A DNA stretch of 63,931 bases, filler included, from Octopus bimaculoides (Eukaryota): NCBI RefSeq assembly GCF_001194135.2. It is 5 parts of 5 records of this genome, joined end to end, with 100 filler letters (N's around TTAATTAATTAA, not from the genome) between each part and the next. Parts side by side here need not be neighbours in the genome. Positions count along the whole stretch, not along the records: positions 61,112 to 63,931 come from NC_068991.1; 4 more parts are not named here. One strand, 5' to 3'. Both the position numbers and the translations under genes were made by a program. Within the stretch, counting starts at the first letter, position 1. Every line of letters starts with the position of its first letter. Below, in pieces: positions 63,577 to 63,931 of the stretch. The notes under the pieces are model-generated. The model worked only from the letters and a program-made list of their open reading frames with translations. It searched no databases and was not told the origin of the DNA.

Positions 63577-63886
63577 TCTATATCTATATATATAGAAATG
63601 AGAATGTGTGTCTGTCTGTGTGAATCCCTAAAACTCGAGAACTACGCAACCAATTTCATTCAAATTTTACAGATGCCTTACTTAGGGTTCCAGTTGTGTT
63701 TTAGTCAAAAAAAATTTTAACTTCTTGCAGAGTTCGAGCCCACAGCAATATAATATCTCCTCCACTATTTAAGTTTTACGTGTCAAAAGTGAAACAAAAA
63801 CACTCATGTCAAATACTTTCACTTTAAAAATGAAACTATTCCACTAACTGAAACAATCACATTTCGATACTGTAATGACAGATACT
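63577..63886 (+). mobile_element. Helitron 5' end, same family as 56870-57771
   Basis: A|TCTATATCTATATATATAGAAATGAG start, short (GTCT)n, then about 190 bp at roughly 90% identity to 56875-57060. Confidence 0.85.
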
Positions 63887-63931
63887 TTCAGAGAAAGAGA
63901 GAGAAAGAGAGAGAGAGAGAGAGATGTATAT

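Overview
Eukaryotic, AT-rich, non-genic or intronic DNA with about 4.7 kb of N gaps, very dense microsatellites and many transposon remnants. The SINE families and LINE types suggest an octopus genome, probably Octopus bimaculoides; this is inference from recalled repeat sequences, not a search. No complete protein-coding gene, true tRNA/rRNA gene or CRISPR array is supported, and almost all ORFs in the track are microsatellite or N artefacts. Recognisable elements: at least three tRNA-derived SINE families; Tc1/mariner elements (a full-length DD36E copy, a probable DD34E copy, an in-frame chimera of two families, MITEs); a hAT/Buster derivative; Helitron and Helentron-like derivatives; R4/Dong-type and RTE LINEs; and a Penelope-like GIY-YIG fragment. 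The most interesting signal is a family of short Penelope-type elements carrying minimal type I hammerhead ribozymes. There is one core-intact copy at 30682-30727, inside a head-to-head inverted dimer bounded by a 13-bp direct repeat, plus four mutated relatives. A few minus-strand exon candidates are reported at low confidence, one encoding a signal-peptide-like sequence.
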